Shown here one piece after another: positions 7,961 through 18,255 of a DNA stretch of 45,079 nt (within the stretch, counting starts at the first letter, position 1; each line of letters opens with the position of its first letter). The notes under the pieces were generated by a model, which was not told where the DNA came from, did no database searches, and saw only the letters and a list, made by a program, of their open reading frames with translations. Position numbers and translations under genes: made by a program. Origin of the DNA: Bacteroidota bacterium (GTDB lineage: Bacteria; Bacteroidota; Ignavibacteria; UBA10030; UBA6906); contig JADLEA010000019.1 in NCBI GenBank assembly GCA_020846365.1, forward strand, positions 1 through 45,079, in the 5' to 3' direction.

Positions 7961-10900
7961 ATGCTGGAACGGATCATCGCGCTCACCCTCAAACACAGAG
8001 CCGTTGTGCTGCATGTGGTCGCCGCCATCGTGGTGTTTGGGGTGTATTCCTACCTGACCATTCCGATCGACGCGTTCCCCGACGTCTCGAACACACAGGT
8101 TGAAATTGTGAGCGACGCGCCCGGACTCTCCGCACTGGAGATCGAACGGTTCGTCACCTCTCCGATCGAGATGTCCATGCGTGGGCTTCCGAACATCGTG
8201 CAAATGCGTTCGACGACGAAATTCGGGCTTTCCGTCGTAACGCTCGTGTTTGAAGACGACATGGACATCTACTTTGCCCGCCAGCTGGTGTTCGAGAGGT
8301 TGGAGGAGGCACGCGGACACATGCCCCATGGCGTGGAAGTGCAGATGGGCCCCATCGCGACGGCCATGGGCGAAATCTACCAATACACACTGCAAAGCAC
8401 CATGCCTGCCGACCCGCAGGAGCGCATACGCGCACTGGCGGACCTGCGTACGCTGGAGGAATGGGTCATCGCCCCGCTGTTAAAGAACGTTCCCGGGGTC
8501 AACGAAATCAACTCGTTCGGCGGGTATTTCAAGCAATATCAGGTCCTGGTAAAACCGGAGAAGCTCCTCGCATACAACATCACCCTGGATGAAGTGTATC
8601 ATGCCATCGAGGAGAACAACCAGAATGTCGGCGGCAGCATCCTGGATCGCTACGACGAGCAGTATATCGTCCGGGGTGTAGGTTTGCTGAGGTCCGAGGA
8701 AGACCTCCGCACGATAGTCCTGCGGGCTGTAGGTGGAACCCCTGTCTGCGTGCGCGATGTGGCCGACGTGAGTATCGGCCAGGCCGTCCGGCAGGGCGCC
8801 GCTCTGATCGACGGCGAGCGTGAGGTCGTGGGCGGCATCGTGATGATGCTGCGCGGCGAGAACGGACGCGCTGTGGTGGAAAGAGTGAAGCAGAAGGTCA
8901 AAGAGATCAATACGAGCAGGATTCTTCCGGAGGGCGTCAGGATCGTTCCGTACTATGATCGCTCCGATATTGTCAGCAACAGCATCTGGACGGTCGCCAC
9001 CGCGCTCATTGAAGGCTCGATACTGGTCATCATTGTCCTGTATCTCATGCTGCGCAGCTACCGGGGGGCGCTCGTCGTCATCCTGGCGTTGCCCCTGTCG
9101 CTTCTTCTGACCTTCATCGTGATGAAGTTTGCGGGCCTGGATGCCAACCTCATGTCGCTCGGCGGACTCGCGATCTCCATAGGCATGATCATTGACGCCA
9201 CCATCATCCAGGTGGAGAACGTTCAGCGGCATTTGAGTCAGTTGGGGAGTACCGAACCGACGCTTCCGGCTGTGCTCAAGGCCGTTATGGAGGTGCGCAA
9301 ACCCAGCATTTTCGGGGAGATCATCATCGCAACCACGTTCGTCCCGATTCTCGCCCTCGAGGGGCTGGAAGGCAAGATGTTCGCACCGCTCGCGCTGACG
9401 GTAGCCACGGCATTGCTGTCCTCCCTGCTCCTCTCGATCTTTGTCATCCCTGTCCTGTGCTCCCTGGTCCTGAAGCCGGGCGCAGAGAAGGAGAGCATCG
9501 TCATGCGTCGGGCCAGGAAAGTGTACGTTCCGCTTCTTGCGTGGGCAATGAGGAACAAGGCCTTCGTGGTCTCATCGGCGACCGTCCTCCTCCTTGGCGC
9601 GCTCGCTATGTATTCCTCGCTGGGAACAGAGTTCATGCCGATCATGGACGAGGGTGCCTTTGACATGGATGTCCAGCTCCTACCCGGCATATCCCTTGCG
9701 AAATCCCTGGAAATGACGAATCTGGTTCAGCAGAAACTGAAGCAGTTCCCGGAACTGACCACCGTCGTCTCCCGGACAGGCCAGACAGGAGTGGCCCTTG
9801 AGGCACGGGGGGTCGACAAGACCGGCTTCACGGGCATACTCCTCCCGCGATCCGCATGGACCACCACCACCGACCGCGAGGAGCTGATCGACAGGATGCG
9901 GGAGGCGGTAGCGGACATTCCTGGAATGGCGTTCAGTTTCAGTCAGCCCATCCAATGCCGTATCGACGAGCTCGTTGCCGGGACACGGACCCAGCTCATC
10001 GTTAAGGTGTTCGGTGAGGATATGGAACTGCTGAGAGCGAAAGCGGAAGAGATCAGCCGCGCCGTCGGCAGGATCAGCGGGACTGCCGATCTCGTGGTCG
10101 AGCGCGTGGCCGGACAGCCGTACCTGGCCATCACCATTGACCGGGAGAAGATTGCACGGCACGGTCTGAACGTGAACGATGTCCAACACGTGATCGAGAT
10201 CGCCGTTGGCGGCAAAGCGGCTACACAGCTTTACGAGGAAAACCGGACGTTCGACGTCACGGTGCGTTATCCGGAGAAGGATCGCAACTCCATGGAGACT
10301 ATCAGCAACACGCTTGTTGCTACCCGTCAGGGAGACAATGTTCCCCTGAAGCAACTCGCGGATATCGCTCTCGTTGAGGGGCCTGTGCAGGTGAGTCGTG
10401 AAGACGGATTGCGCAGGATCGGGATCGAGATCAACATCACGGACCGGGACATCGGCAGCTATGTTGCGGAGGCGAAAGAGGCGATCCTGAAGGAGGTCTC
10501 CCTTCCGCCGGGATACTACACGACATGGGGCGGCCAGTTCGAAAACCAGCAGCGGGCAATGAACACGTTGCTGATCATCGGACCCGTGGCCATCGGGCTG
10601 ATCCTTCTCCTCCTGTTCGTGACGTTCAGGTCCATTCGCCTGGCCCTGCTCGTCCTCACAAACCTTCCGTTCGCCCTCATCGGCGGCGTCTTTGCCCTCT
10701 GGCTCTCGGGGCTCTATCTCTCAGTCCCGGCATCCGTCGGGTTCATCGTTCTCTTCGGCGTCGCCGTGCTGAACGGCCTCGTTCTGGTGTCACACATTTC
10801 GCAATTGCGTCACGAGGGTGTTCCGTTGGAGGACGCAATTATGCGGGGAAGTCATGACAGGGTGCGACCTGTCTTGATGACCGCCTCCATTGCGGTCTTC

Positions 10901-11083
10901 AGTCTCGTGCCGATGCTGTTCGCCTCGGGACCGGGATCCGAGATCCAACGCCCGCTTGCCATCGTTGTGGTGGGCGGGTTGATTACCTCGACGCTGCTCA
11001 CGCTTGTGGTACTCCCGGCGCTGTATGGATGGTTCGAACGACCGACCTTCGTGTGGCATCGGCATCCGGACTCAGCGCTGTGA
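7961..11083 (+). CDS. CusA/CzcA-family heavy-metal efflux RND transporter
   Basis: 1040 aa. GGAAGGAGAG lies upstream of ATG 7961. The N-terminus MLERIIALTLKHR and the TM4 motif GGLAISIGMIIDATIIQVEN are typical of heavy-metal-efflux (HME) RND pumps. Confidence 0.93.
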   Translation: MLERIIALTLKHRAVVLHVVAAIVVFGVYSYLTIPIDAFPDVSNTQVEIVSDAPGLSALEIERFVTSPIEMSMRGLPNIVQMRSTTKFGLSVVTLVFEDDMDIYFARQLVFERLEEARGHMPHGVEVQMGPIATAMGEIYQYTLQSTMPADPQERIRALADLRTLEEWVIAPLLKNVPGVNEINSFGGYFKQYQVLVKPEKLLAYNITLDEVYHAIEENNQNVGGSILDRYDEQYIVRGVGLLRSEEDLRTIVLRAVGGTPVCVRDVADVSIGQAVRQGAALIDGEREVVGGIVMMLRGENGRAVVERVKQKVKEINTSRILPEGVRIVPYYDRSDIVSNSIWTVATALIEGSILVIIVLYLMLRSYRGALVVILALPLSLLLTFIVMKFAGLDANLMSLGGLAISIGMIIDATIIQVENVQRHLSQLGSTEPTLPAVLKAVMEVRKPSIFGEIIIATTFVPILALEGLEGKMFAPLALTVATALLSSLLLSIFVIPVLCSLVLKPGAEKESIVMRRARKVYVPLLAWAMRNKAFVVSSATVLLLGALAMYSSLGTEFMPIMDEGAFDMDVQLLPGISLAKSLEMTNLVQQKLKQFPELTTVVSRTGQTGVALEARGVDKTGFTGILLPRSAWTTTTDREELIDRMREAVADIPGMAFSFSQPIQCRIDELVAGTRTQLIVKVFGEDMELLRAKAEEISRAVGRISGTADLVVERVAGQPYLAITIDREKIARHGLNVNDVQHVIEIAVGGKAATQLYEENRTFDVTVRYPEKDRNSMETISNTLVATRQGDNVPLKQLADIALVEGPVQVSREDGLRRIGIEINITDRDIGSYVAEAKEAILKEVSLPPGYYTTWGGQFENQQRAMNTLLIIGPVAIGLILLLLFVTFRSIRLALLVLTNLPFALIGGVFALWLSGLYLSVPASVGFIVLFGVAVLNGLVLVSHISQLRHEGVPLEDAIMRGSHDRVRPVLMTASIAVFSLVPMLFASGPGSEIQRPLAIVVVGGLITSTLLTLVVLPALYGWFERPTFVWHRHPDSAL

Positions 11084-11345
11084 CAGCGGAGGCGGGGCTT
11101 TGCAGCATGGCGGTCAGACCTATCCCCTTTTTCATCGGGATGCTCCACCGGCGGTGTTCAGCCGGCAGATGACTTGCTACTCTCCGGAAACTTCGGTTCA
11201 TTGTGCCTGAGAGTATTGCGGTTACTCTCGATACGTTCTCGCCAGGCCTGTGGTTTCCGTTGCTGTGCTGGCGAGCGACTTCGACTTCTCCCACGCGGGG
11301 CTGCGCAACGAGTTCAGACACATCACGAGGAAAGGAGAACAGCGT

Positions 11346-12023
11346 ATGCGACTCCAGGTATGGAAGACGGGGCTTGTCGTTCTTGTAACGGCGGCGCTCA
11401 TTATGACCGGGTGTTCCGCCAGCAACACGGTGAAAGGGGGCGCGATCGGCGCTGCAGCGGGCGGCGTGATCGGCGGCATCATTGGCAACCAGGCGGGCAA
11501 CACTGCCGTTGGCGCTATCATCGGAGCGGCGATTGGCGGCACGGCCGGGGCGCTGATCGGAAACTACATGGATGACCAGGCCGAGGAAATCCAGAAGGAT
11601 ATCGAAGGTGCGAAAGTCGAGCGGGTGGGCGAAGGCATCAAGATCACCTTTGATTCGGGCATCCTCTTCGCCATCAACTCATCCGATCTAACCCCTCAGG
11701 CCAAGACCAACATCGAGAAGCTCTCGACGATTCTGAAGAAGTACGAGGACACGAATATTCTGGTGGAAGGCCACACCGATTCGACGGGAACCGCCGAGTA
11801 CAACCAGAAGCTGTCTGAACGTCGCGCGGCTTCCGTGACCAGCCATGCCACGGCGCTGGGCGTGACCGCCTCAAGGTTCAACGCGGTTGGTTACGGCGAA
11901 TCCCAACCCCTCGTTTCAAACTCCACCGCCGCCGGCCGTCAGCAGAACCGGAGGGTCGAGATTGCGATCTTCGCAAACGAGGATCTGAAGGAAGCAGCGA
12001 TGAAGGGAGAGAAGTTGAACTAG
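11346..12023 (+). CDS. OmpA-family lipoprotein with a glycine-zipper segment
   Basis: I moved the start to ATG 11346, which has AGGAAAGGAG upstream and gives a lipobox LIMTGC. A Gly-zipper (GGAIGAAAGGVIGGIIGN...) is followed by an OmpA C-terminal motif (VEGHTDSTGTAEYNQKLSERRA). Confidence 0.85.
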   Translation: MRLQVWKTGLVVLVTAALIMTGCSASNTVKGGAIGAAAGGVIGGIIGNQAGNTAVGAIIGAAIGGTAGALIGNYMDDQAEEIQKDIEGAKVERVGEGIKITFDSGILFAINSSDLTPQAKTNIEKLSTILKKYEDTNILVEGHTDSTGTAEYNQKLSERRAASVTSHATALGVTASRFNAVGYGESQPLVSNSTAAGRQQNRRVEIAIFANEDLKEAAMKGEKLN

Positions 12024-12047
12024 CCTCCTCCCGGGCAGGCGACATCC

Positions 12048-12107
12048 GGGGCCCTGGCAGTTCCGTTGCGCATTCGCGCGAGCTGCCCGGGCCCCCTCGT
12101 TTTTGTT
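12048..12107 (+). terminator. Rho-independent terminator after the OmpA-like gene, between convergent genes
   Basis: GGGGCCCTGGCAG (12048-12060) pairs with CTGCCCGGGCCCC (12083-12095) at 12 of 13 positions. The stem is followed by CTCGTTTTTGTT. Confidence 0.55.
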
Positions 12108-12300
12108 CAACCTCTTCGGCCGCGCCAGGATCTGATTCGGCCGTATAAGATTCTGCGCAGCCATGTGGTAGCACGGCTGCTCCTTCAGATTTCCAGAGGA
12201 TCCTGGCAGCATGCGCCCACTCCATCTGCACTCCCCGCCCTGAACGTGATACGGAGGTCAGTGTTCTGGAGGCACACGCAGTCGGCTCGACTTGCAGAAC

Positions 12301-13566
12301 TTACACCTCCAGTCGCCGGCCCTTTGTCTCAGGGAATGTCCAGATCCAGGCGCCGGTGAGAAGGGCGAAAAGAGCTGCGAGGAAGATGCCACCGGAGAGT
12401 CCATAGGATCGGGCAAGCACGGCGATGGCAACGGGGGTGAAGAACTGAACTCCCCGGGCGAGGTTGAACGCCGAGCCCATTGCGGTGTTCCTGATACTGG
12501 TCGGAAAGAGCTCGGCGAAGAGCGGACCATACCCTCCGAACATCCCCGTTCCGAACCCAACGAGGAACATGAAAATCAGAATCACGACGGGTTCCGCCGC
12601 GATACGGTCCCAGAACAGCGTGATCATCGCGAGTCCGACAGCCATGACCACGGAATAGAGGGAGTATGCCGGCCGCCGTCCGAGACTGTCCGCAACAAAC
12701 CCAAACGTGAAGTAACCGATAAACCCTCCGGCCTGTGTCACCAGAACCCAGACAGCAGACTTAACCATCGAAAACTGCCTCTCTTCATGAAGGTAGCCGG
12801 GAAGCCATGAGTAGGTGAACCAGTAGGCGGACATATCGAAGATAGCAAGGACCAGTGAGAGGACGAACAGCTTTCTGTAGGATGTCAGGAGTAACCTCAC
12901 CTTGTCCAGAAGATCCGCGAGTCCTGAAGAGGGCGCCTCTCCTTCTCTTGCTCTCAGTTCCTGGCGCGCTTTCCATACGTCGGATTCAGGCAGATGTTTT
13001 CGAATGAAGATTACGAGCAGGGCGGGAAAGAACGAAACAAAGAACGATGCTCTCCAGCCGATCTCCGGAGCAATGAGGCCCCCGACCACCGATGCGAGAG
13101 CGACGCCGATGGGCGCGCCTGTCTGCATGAATGCCCCGTAGCGGCCGCGCATGCGCGGGGGACATGCCTCGCCGACATAGGTTTGCCCTGTGGCCCATTC
13201 GCCTCCCACACCGAGCCCCGTGACAATGCGAAAGACGACAAGCAACTCGAGGCTGCCAGCCAGACCACTGAGCAGCGTGCCGATGCTGTACGTGAGGATC
13301 GTCCATTGAAGAACGCTCTTTCTGCCGTACTTATCGGAGAGGATGCCGAAAATAACGCCGCCGATGGCCGTCGCTGCCAATGATGCGCCCAGAACGAATG
13401 AGAGCTGGACTTTGGAGAGCTGTAATTCCTGGCCGATAGGAATGAGAAGAAACGTGTACAGGATCAGATCGTAGAAGTCAAAGACCCAGCCTGCCCAACT
13501 CATAAAGAGGATGCGGTAGTGTACTGCAGTGGGCCTCTCGGATTCGCTCAAGAGCGGTTTGTCCAT
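12301..13566 (-). CDS. MFS transporter (sugar/organic acid porter type)
   Basis: 421 aa with 12 predicted TM segments and an MFS signature (GILSDKYGRKSVL, RIVTGLGVGGEW). Confidence 0.85.
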   Translation of the reverse strand: MDKPLLSESERPTAVHYRILFMSWAGWVFDFYDLILYTFLLIPIGQELQLSKVQLSFVLGASLAATAIGGVIFGILSDKYGRKSVLQWTILTYSIGTLLSGLAGSLELLVVFRIVTGLGVGGEWATGQTYVGEACPPRMRGRYGAFMQTGAPIGVALASVVGGLIAPEIGWRASFFVSFFPALLVIFIRKHLPESDVWKARQELRAREGEAPSSGLADLLDKVRLLLTSYRKLFVLSLVLAIFDMSAYWFTYSWLPGYLHEERQFSMVKSAVWVLVTQAGGFIGYFTFGFVADSLGRRPAYSLYSVVMAVGLAMITLFWDRIAAEPVVILIFMFLVGFGTGMFGGYGPLFAELFPTSIRNTAMGSAFNLARGVQFFTPVAIAVLARSYGLSGGIFLAALFALLTGAWIWTFPETKGRRLEV

Positions 13567-13792
13567 GCGGCGGTTCGCGCTCCGGGTGGATGGGCGGGCA
13601 GATGTGTGCCTTTGGCGCAGCGAGACTCAAACCTCCGGCTCAAGATAGAGTTGCGCCGTGCCATAGTCAAGAAGGGAATCCGGGCACGGGCTTGCTTCGC
13701 CGGCAAATGGTTCCTATACTTGGAATGCAATACGCCTCAAACCTCCCGCCGGCTCTTCGCGCCGCAGAATCCGTCATATGATAGGAGACCCG

Positions 13793-14572
13793 ATGACTCT
13801 TCACGTCAGGTCCGTGATCCTCACCGCAATCGCGGTTATCCTCGCCCTCGGCCCGGCAGGGCCGCAATCCTCGGGCCAATCACGACAGGAGGGACGAACA
13901 GCGCCAAACACGCTCTCTCCAGCGGAGCAGGCACAAGGATGGAAACTCCTGTTCGACGGTAAGACGCTCGCCGGCTGGAGGGGGGCGTATCTGGACTCCC
14001 TCCCGGCGAAGGGCTGGTCAGTGCGGGAAGGAATGCTCATGGTACAGGCCTCAGGAGGCGGCGAGGCCGCGTTCGGCGGAGATATCGTCACTCTTGATGA
14101 GTATGGCAACTTCGACCTTCGCCTCGAATTCAAACTCACCGAAGGAGCCAACAGCGGCATCAAGTACTTCGTGACGGAACGACAACCCAGGACGCCGGGG
14201 TCCGCCAAGGGCCTGGAGTTCCAGCTCCTGGATGACGCCCGGCATCCGGACGCCAAGCTGGGCATCAAGGGAAACCGAACACTCGCGTCACTGTATGATC
14301 TCATCCCCGCATCCCGGAAAGAGGCGAGACCGGTTGGTGAATGGAATGAGGCACGCATTCTGGTAGTGGGAAAGCACGTTGAACACTGGCTGAATGGCAG
14401 AAAGGTCCTGGAATACGAACGGGGCGGAAAGCGGTTTCTCGCTCACAAGGCCGAAAGCAAGTTCAAGGACCTGGCGGGGTTCGGCGAATCGGAGACCGGA
14501 CATATCCTGCTTCAGGATCACGGGAACCAGGTCTTCTTTCGCAATATCAGAATCCGGGCTCTCGACAAGTAG
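13793..14572 (+). CDS. Secreted DUF1080 (3-keto-disaccharide hydrolase-like) protein
   Basis: The family N-terminal motif GWKLLFDGKTLAGWRG and C-terminal FFRNIRIR are present, along with a signal peptide. AGGAG lies 4 nt before ATG 13793. An alternative ATG is at 13778. Confidence 0.85.
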   Translation: MTLHVRSVILTAIAVILALGPAGPQSSGQSRQEGRTAPNTLSPAEQAQGWKLLFDGKTLAGWRGAYLDSLPAKGWSVREGMLMVQASGGGEAAFGGDIVTLDEYGNFDLRLEFKLTEGANSGIKYFVTERQPRTPGSAKGLEFQLLDDARHPDAKLGIKGNRTLASLYDLIPASRKEARPVGEWNEARILVVGKHVEHWLNGRKVLEYERGGKRFLAHKAESKFKDLAGFGESETGHILLQDHGNQVFFRNIRIRALDK

Positions 14573-14593
14573 CATCCTCACGGAGGCACACCC

Positions 14594-15916
14594 ATGAGTA
14601 AACCGTCACGACGTCAATTCCTGAAAGATGCAGCCATCGGCGCATCCGCTGTACTCGCGGGATGGAACGCCAGGAGCTATGCACGCATTCTGGGCGCAAA
14701 TGACAGAGTCCAATTCGGGGTCATCGGCCTGCATGGCCGGGGGTATGCGCACATGGAATCGGTGAAGTCCGCTTCCAACGCCGACGTCACATACGTTTGT
14801 GATGTGGATCGCCTGGAACTGGACAAGTTCGCGGCGGCAACCCAAAAGACCTTCGGCCATGCACCCGCAAAAGGAAAGGACTTCCGGCGGCTGCTGGAGT
14901 CACCCGACGTGGACGCCATTACCATCGCTACTCCGGAACACTGGCACGCGCATATGGCCATCATGGGACTGCAGGCCGGGAAGCACGTCTATGTGGAGAA
15001 ACCGTCCAGCCATAACCCTCTCGAAGGCGAGATGCTGGTGGAGGCCCAGAAGAAGTACGGCAGGCACGTGCAGATGGGAAATCAACAGCGCTCTTCGCCC
15101 CATACGATCGACATCATCAAGAGGATCCACGCCGGCATTATCGGGAAGCCGTATCTCGGCAAGGCATGGTACCGGAACACCCGCGCGTCCATCGGAATCG
15201 GAAAACAGATCCCCGTACCGGACCATCTGGATTGGGACTTGTGGCAGGGACCTGCACCGCGTCGCCCCTACAAAGACAACATCCATCCGTACAACTGGCA
15301 CTGGTTCTGGCATTGGGGAACGGGCGAAACCCTGAACAACGGTACGCACGAAGTCGATCTCTGCCTCTGGGCGATGGATCTCGGCTGGCCGAAGATCGTC
15401 ACTGCTTCAGGCGGACGGTATCACTTCACAGATGACTGGGAGTTCTACGACACGCTGACCACGAGCTTTGAGTACGATCATGCCATGATCACGTGGGAAG
15501 GATTAAGCTGCCAGGGCAAACTCTCCGAGGGGCGGGGACGTGGCGCGCTCATCCACGGGACGAAGGGGTCTGTGCTCATCGATCGTGCCGGCTACCAGGT
15601 GTTTGACCTGGACGACAGGAAGATCGAGGAATTCACGACGGACACCAAGACGTCGACGACGGATCTCCGGAGCGTGGACGCGATGACCGATGCCCATATC
15701 CAGAACCTTGTGGGGGCCATTCGCGCAGGAGAAGCGTTGCGCTCCCCCATTCACGAAGGGAACGTCTCTGTGACCATGCTCCAGCTCTCGAATGTCGCCT
15801 GGAAACTGAACCGGACGTTGCACCTCGACACGTCGAACGGGCACGTGGTCGGCGATCCGCAGGCGTCCGCGCTCTGCAGGCGGGACTATGAGAAAGGGTG
15901 GGAACTGAAACTATAG
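14594..15916 (+). CDS. Tat-exported Gfo/Idh/MocA-family oxidoreductase
   Basis: 440 aa. Features are a twin-arginine signal (SRRQFLKDAAIGASAVLAG), a Rossmann fold (FGVIGLHGRGYAH), a VYVEKP motif and CGGAGG upstream. Confidence 0.9.
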   Translation: MSKPSRRQFLKDAAIGASAVLAGWNARSYARILGANDRVQFGVIGLHGRGYAHMESVKSASNADVTYVCDVDRLELDKFAAATQKTFGHAPAKGKDFRRLLESPDVDAITIATPEHWHAHMAIMGLQAGKHVYVEKPSSHNPLEGEMLVEAQKKYGRHVQMGNQQRSSPHTIDIIKRIHAGIIGKPYLGKAWYRNTRASIGIGKQIPVPDHLDWDLWQGPAPRRPYKDNIHPYNWHWFWHWGTGETLNNGTHEVDLCLWAMDLGWPKIVTASGGRYHFTDDWEFYDTLTTSFEYDHAMITWEGLSCQGKLSEGRGRGALIHGTKGSVLIDRAGYQVFDLDDRKIEEFTTDTKTSTTDLRSVDAMTDAHIQNLVGAIRAGEALRSPIHEGNVSVTMLQLSNVAWKLNRTLHLDTSNGHVVGDPQASALCRRDYEKGWELKL

Positions 15917-15923
15917 TCCGACC

Positions 15924-17489
15924 TCAGGACGGGGATTTGAACAGTCCGAATCCGGTCAACGTCGGGCTCGTTCGCGAGCGCTCGATGACCAGGCGCACCC
16001 TCTGCGCGGTCACCGGTGAGAATCGAAGGAGCCGCTTGTACCCGATCGTCGTCCCGCCCGCAAACCGCACCCAGGAGCTTCCGTCCCATGCCTCAAGGTG
16101 GAAACTCTCCACTCGCTGGCCAACCCTGATGTGTTCCTGAAGCAGAACTCTGTCGAACGTCGCCTGATGCCGCAGCATGAACACCACCGTGGATGAATCG
16201 ACGCCGCTCTCCGTGGTCCAGTACGTCCTCTCGTCTCCGTCCATGATGGCATCGCCGGAGTGTCCCGCTTTCTGGTTTGATGCCAGGACGGTCGATGCGT
16301 GAGCGAGATTCGTCTTGAACGTCTCCGAGAGAATATCCCGCATCTGTAGAAGGTGCTTGATATCCTGTGCGTGGATCCGGCCTCTCTTGTCCGGCGGGAT
16401 GTTCAACAAGAGCACTCCATTCCTTCCCACCGAACTGAAGTAGATATCCACCAGCTTCTCGGGTTCCAATACCTGGTGGTCCTGATCTGCATGATAGAAC
16501 CAGCCGGGGCGGATGGAGACATCGGTCTCTGCGGGGTACCAGATCAGCGCCTGAGCCGAGCGGATTTTCTCCCGGCTCCCGAGATCCTCACCCATGCGGT
16601 CGCCGTAGACGAGCCCGTCAGCGGCATCGGCCTCGGGGTAGCCGGCGATGAGACTGTCGAGGCGTTCATCCACGATCGGAATTACGCTCCACTCGGTCTC
16701 GCGGCCGTACCCGGACTCCGTGCCCACCCAGCGCACATCCGGTCCCATGCCGAAGATGACGGCATCCGGCTGCAATTCCCTGACGATAGCGTAGTACGAC
16801 CTCCAATCATACACCTGCCTCTTGCCATTCGGCCCTTCGCCGCACGCACCGTCGAACCACACCTCGGAGACCGTCCCGTAATTCGTGAGCAGTTCCCGCA
16901 GCTGGTTCCGGAAGTACTCATTGTACCGGGGAGAATCGCCGTAGGTAGGTTCATGCCTGTCCCAAGGAGAAAGATAGATACCGAAGTCAATGCCGATCTC
17001 TTTGCACGCCGCGGCCACCTCAGCCACAAGGTCTCCGTTGCCGTTGCGCCGTGGACTGTTCTTGACGCTGTGTTCGGTATACTTGCTCGGCCAGAGGCAG
17101 AACCCATCATGATGCTTGGCGGTCAGGATCAACATGCGCATGCCGGCTTCTTTGACAATTGTTGCCCATTGTCGTGCGTCGAGTGCCGTGGGATTGAATG
17201 TCGAGGGACTCTCGGACCCTTCTCCCCACTCCCGGTCGGTGAAGGTGTTCATCCCGAAATGCACAAAGGCAATCTGTTCGCGTTGCTGCCATCGGAACTG
17301 GCGTTTGGAGGGAACGACGTTCGCAGCTTTGCGAACGATCTCGTCCATCGTCTCCCCTTTCTTGAGGAGCACAAACGAACGACCCGTGAACTCATCCGTC
17401 TCATTTGGAGCATGGCCGCATCCGGACATCAACACGATAAAGCAGGCAGCCACACACACCCTTGAGACAACGCCATCGGTCGATTTCAT
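15924..17489 (-). CDS. GH29 alpha-L-fucosidase lipoprotein with a C-terminal F5/8 type C (discoidin) domain
   Basis: 521 aa with lipobox LMSGC. GH29 core motifs are present (AKHHDGFCLWPSKYTEHSV, YLSPWDRHEP, EVWFDGA), followed by a discoidin-like C-terminus. Confidence 0.9.
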   Translation of the reverse strand: MKSTDGVVSRVCVAACFIVLMSGCGHAPNETDEFTGRSFVLLKKGETMDEIVRKAANVVPSKRQFRWQQREQIAFVHFGMNTFTDREWGEGSESPSTFNPTALDARQWATIVKEAGMRMLILTAKHHDGFCLWPSKYTEHSVKNSPRRNGNGDLVAEVAAACKEIGIDFGIYLSPWDRHEPTYGDSPRYNEYFRNQLRELLTNYGTVSEVWFDGACGEGPNGKRQVYDWRSYYAIVRELQPDAVIFGMGPDVRWVGTESGYGRETEWSVIPIVDERLDSLIAGYPEADAADGLVYGDRMGEDLGSREKIRSAQALIWYPAETDVSIRPGWFYHADQDHQVLEPEKLVDIYFSSVGRNGVLLLNIPPDKRGRIHAQDIKHLLQMRDILSETFKTNLAHASTVLASNQKAGHSGDAIMDGDERTYWTTESGVDSSTVVFMLRHQATFDRVLLQEHIRVGQRVESFHLEAWDGSSWVRFAGGTTIGYKRLLRFSPVTAQRVRLVIERSRTSPTLTGFGLFKSPS

Positions 17490-17550
17490 CGCTTGGGTTC
17501 CTTGTCCAATGTTGCGGGTCGTACTCTTGCGGCGAATGGTGAGGCGTGTT

Positions 17551-18162
17551 TTACACGATCCGGTGTGAGGAAAACGCCTTCAATAACGAGCTCTTGGTCC
17601 TTCTGACGGCCGCGACGTCAGAAAGTAGAACCACCTCCACTTTATGGCTCCTGGCGAAATGGATCGCGGGGATGAAATCCGCATCCGAGGTAGCCAGGAG
17701 TATGCGTCCGACCTTGCCGCCAATGGTCAGTTTGGCCACATCCAGACCAATCAGCATATCCACTTGCTTCTGCGATAGAACCGGCTCGAAGTCCTCGTCT
17801 GTCAGGGGACCCGGCGCCTTGAGCAGCTTCCGGACCGTCGAGTCTCTGAGCGTCCAGCCGTCAAAAGAGAGATGCCCCCGACGATACACAAAAAAGGGGT
17901 TGGTGCGGAGGGCCTGTTGGAACTCAGCTGCACGGGCATGGACAACGGTTTCTGTGAAGTCACAGGCCGTCCCGGAGACGGGATTGCGTCTCTTTTCGTC
18001 GAATGGCGGACAGTCATAGAAATAGGTTTTGGTAAGGACCTCACCATTGGCAAGGATGGATGTGCAGAATGCTTCGATTTCGGCCACAGAAGGGTGATGG
18101 CCGATCCTGCGCCTGAGAACCCTCCGTGTGAAATCCCCATCCAGCAATATGGCAATGTCCAT
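17551..18162 (-). CDS. NYN-domain (LabA-like) protein
   Basis: The product begins MDIAILLDGDF... and later contains VDMLIGLDVAKL...LATSDADFIPAI, the typical NYN acidic residues. I placed the start at ATG 18162 because the longer track ORF would read through a terminator hairpin. Confidence 0.72.
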   Translation of the reverse strand: MDIAILLDGDFTRRVLRRRIGHHPSVAEIEAFCTSILANGEVLTKTYFYDCPPFDEKRRNPVSGTACDFTETVVHARAAEFQQALRTNPFFVYRRGHLSFDGWTLRDSTVRKLLKAPGPLTDEDFEPVLSQKQVDMLIGLDVAKLTIGGKVGRILLATSDADFIPAIHFARSHKVEVVLLSDVAAVRRTKSSLLKAFSSHRIV

Positions 18163-18169
18163 CCGGTTC

Positions 18170-18210
18170 CTTCGCAAAAAAGGAACCCCTTGCACAATTG
18201 GTACAAGGGG
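18170..18210 (-). terminator. Rho-independent terminator of the TetR-MFP-RND-TolC operon
   Basis: The minus strand reads CCCCTTGTAC-CAATT-GTGCAAGGGG (10-bp stem with one G-U pair, 5-nt loop), followed by TTCCTTTTTTGCG. Confidence 0.7.
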
Positions 18211-18255
18211 CTCTGTGCCGGCCTACCGGCGTTGCGGATTGGTGAAGCTTGATAC

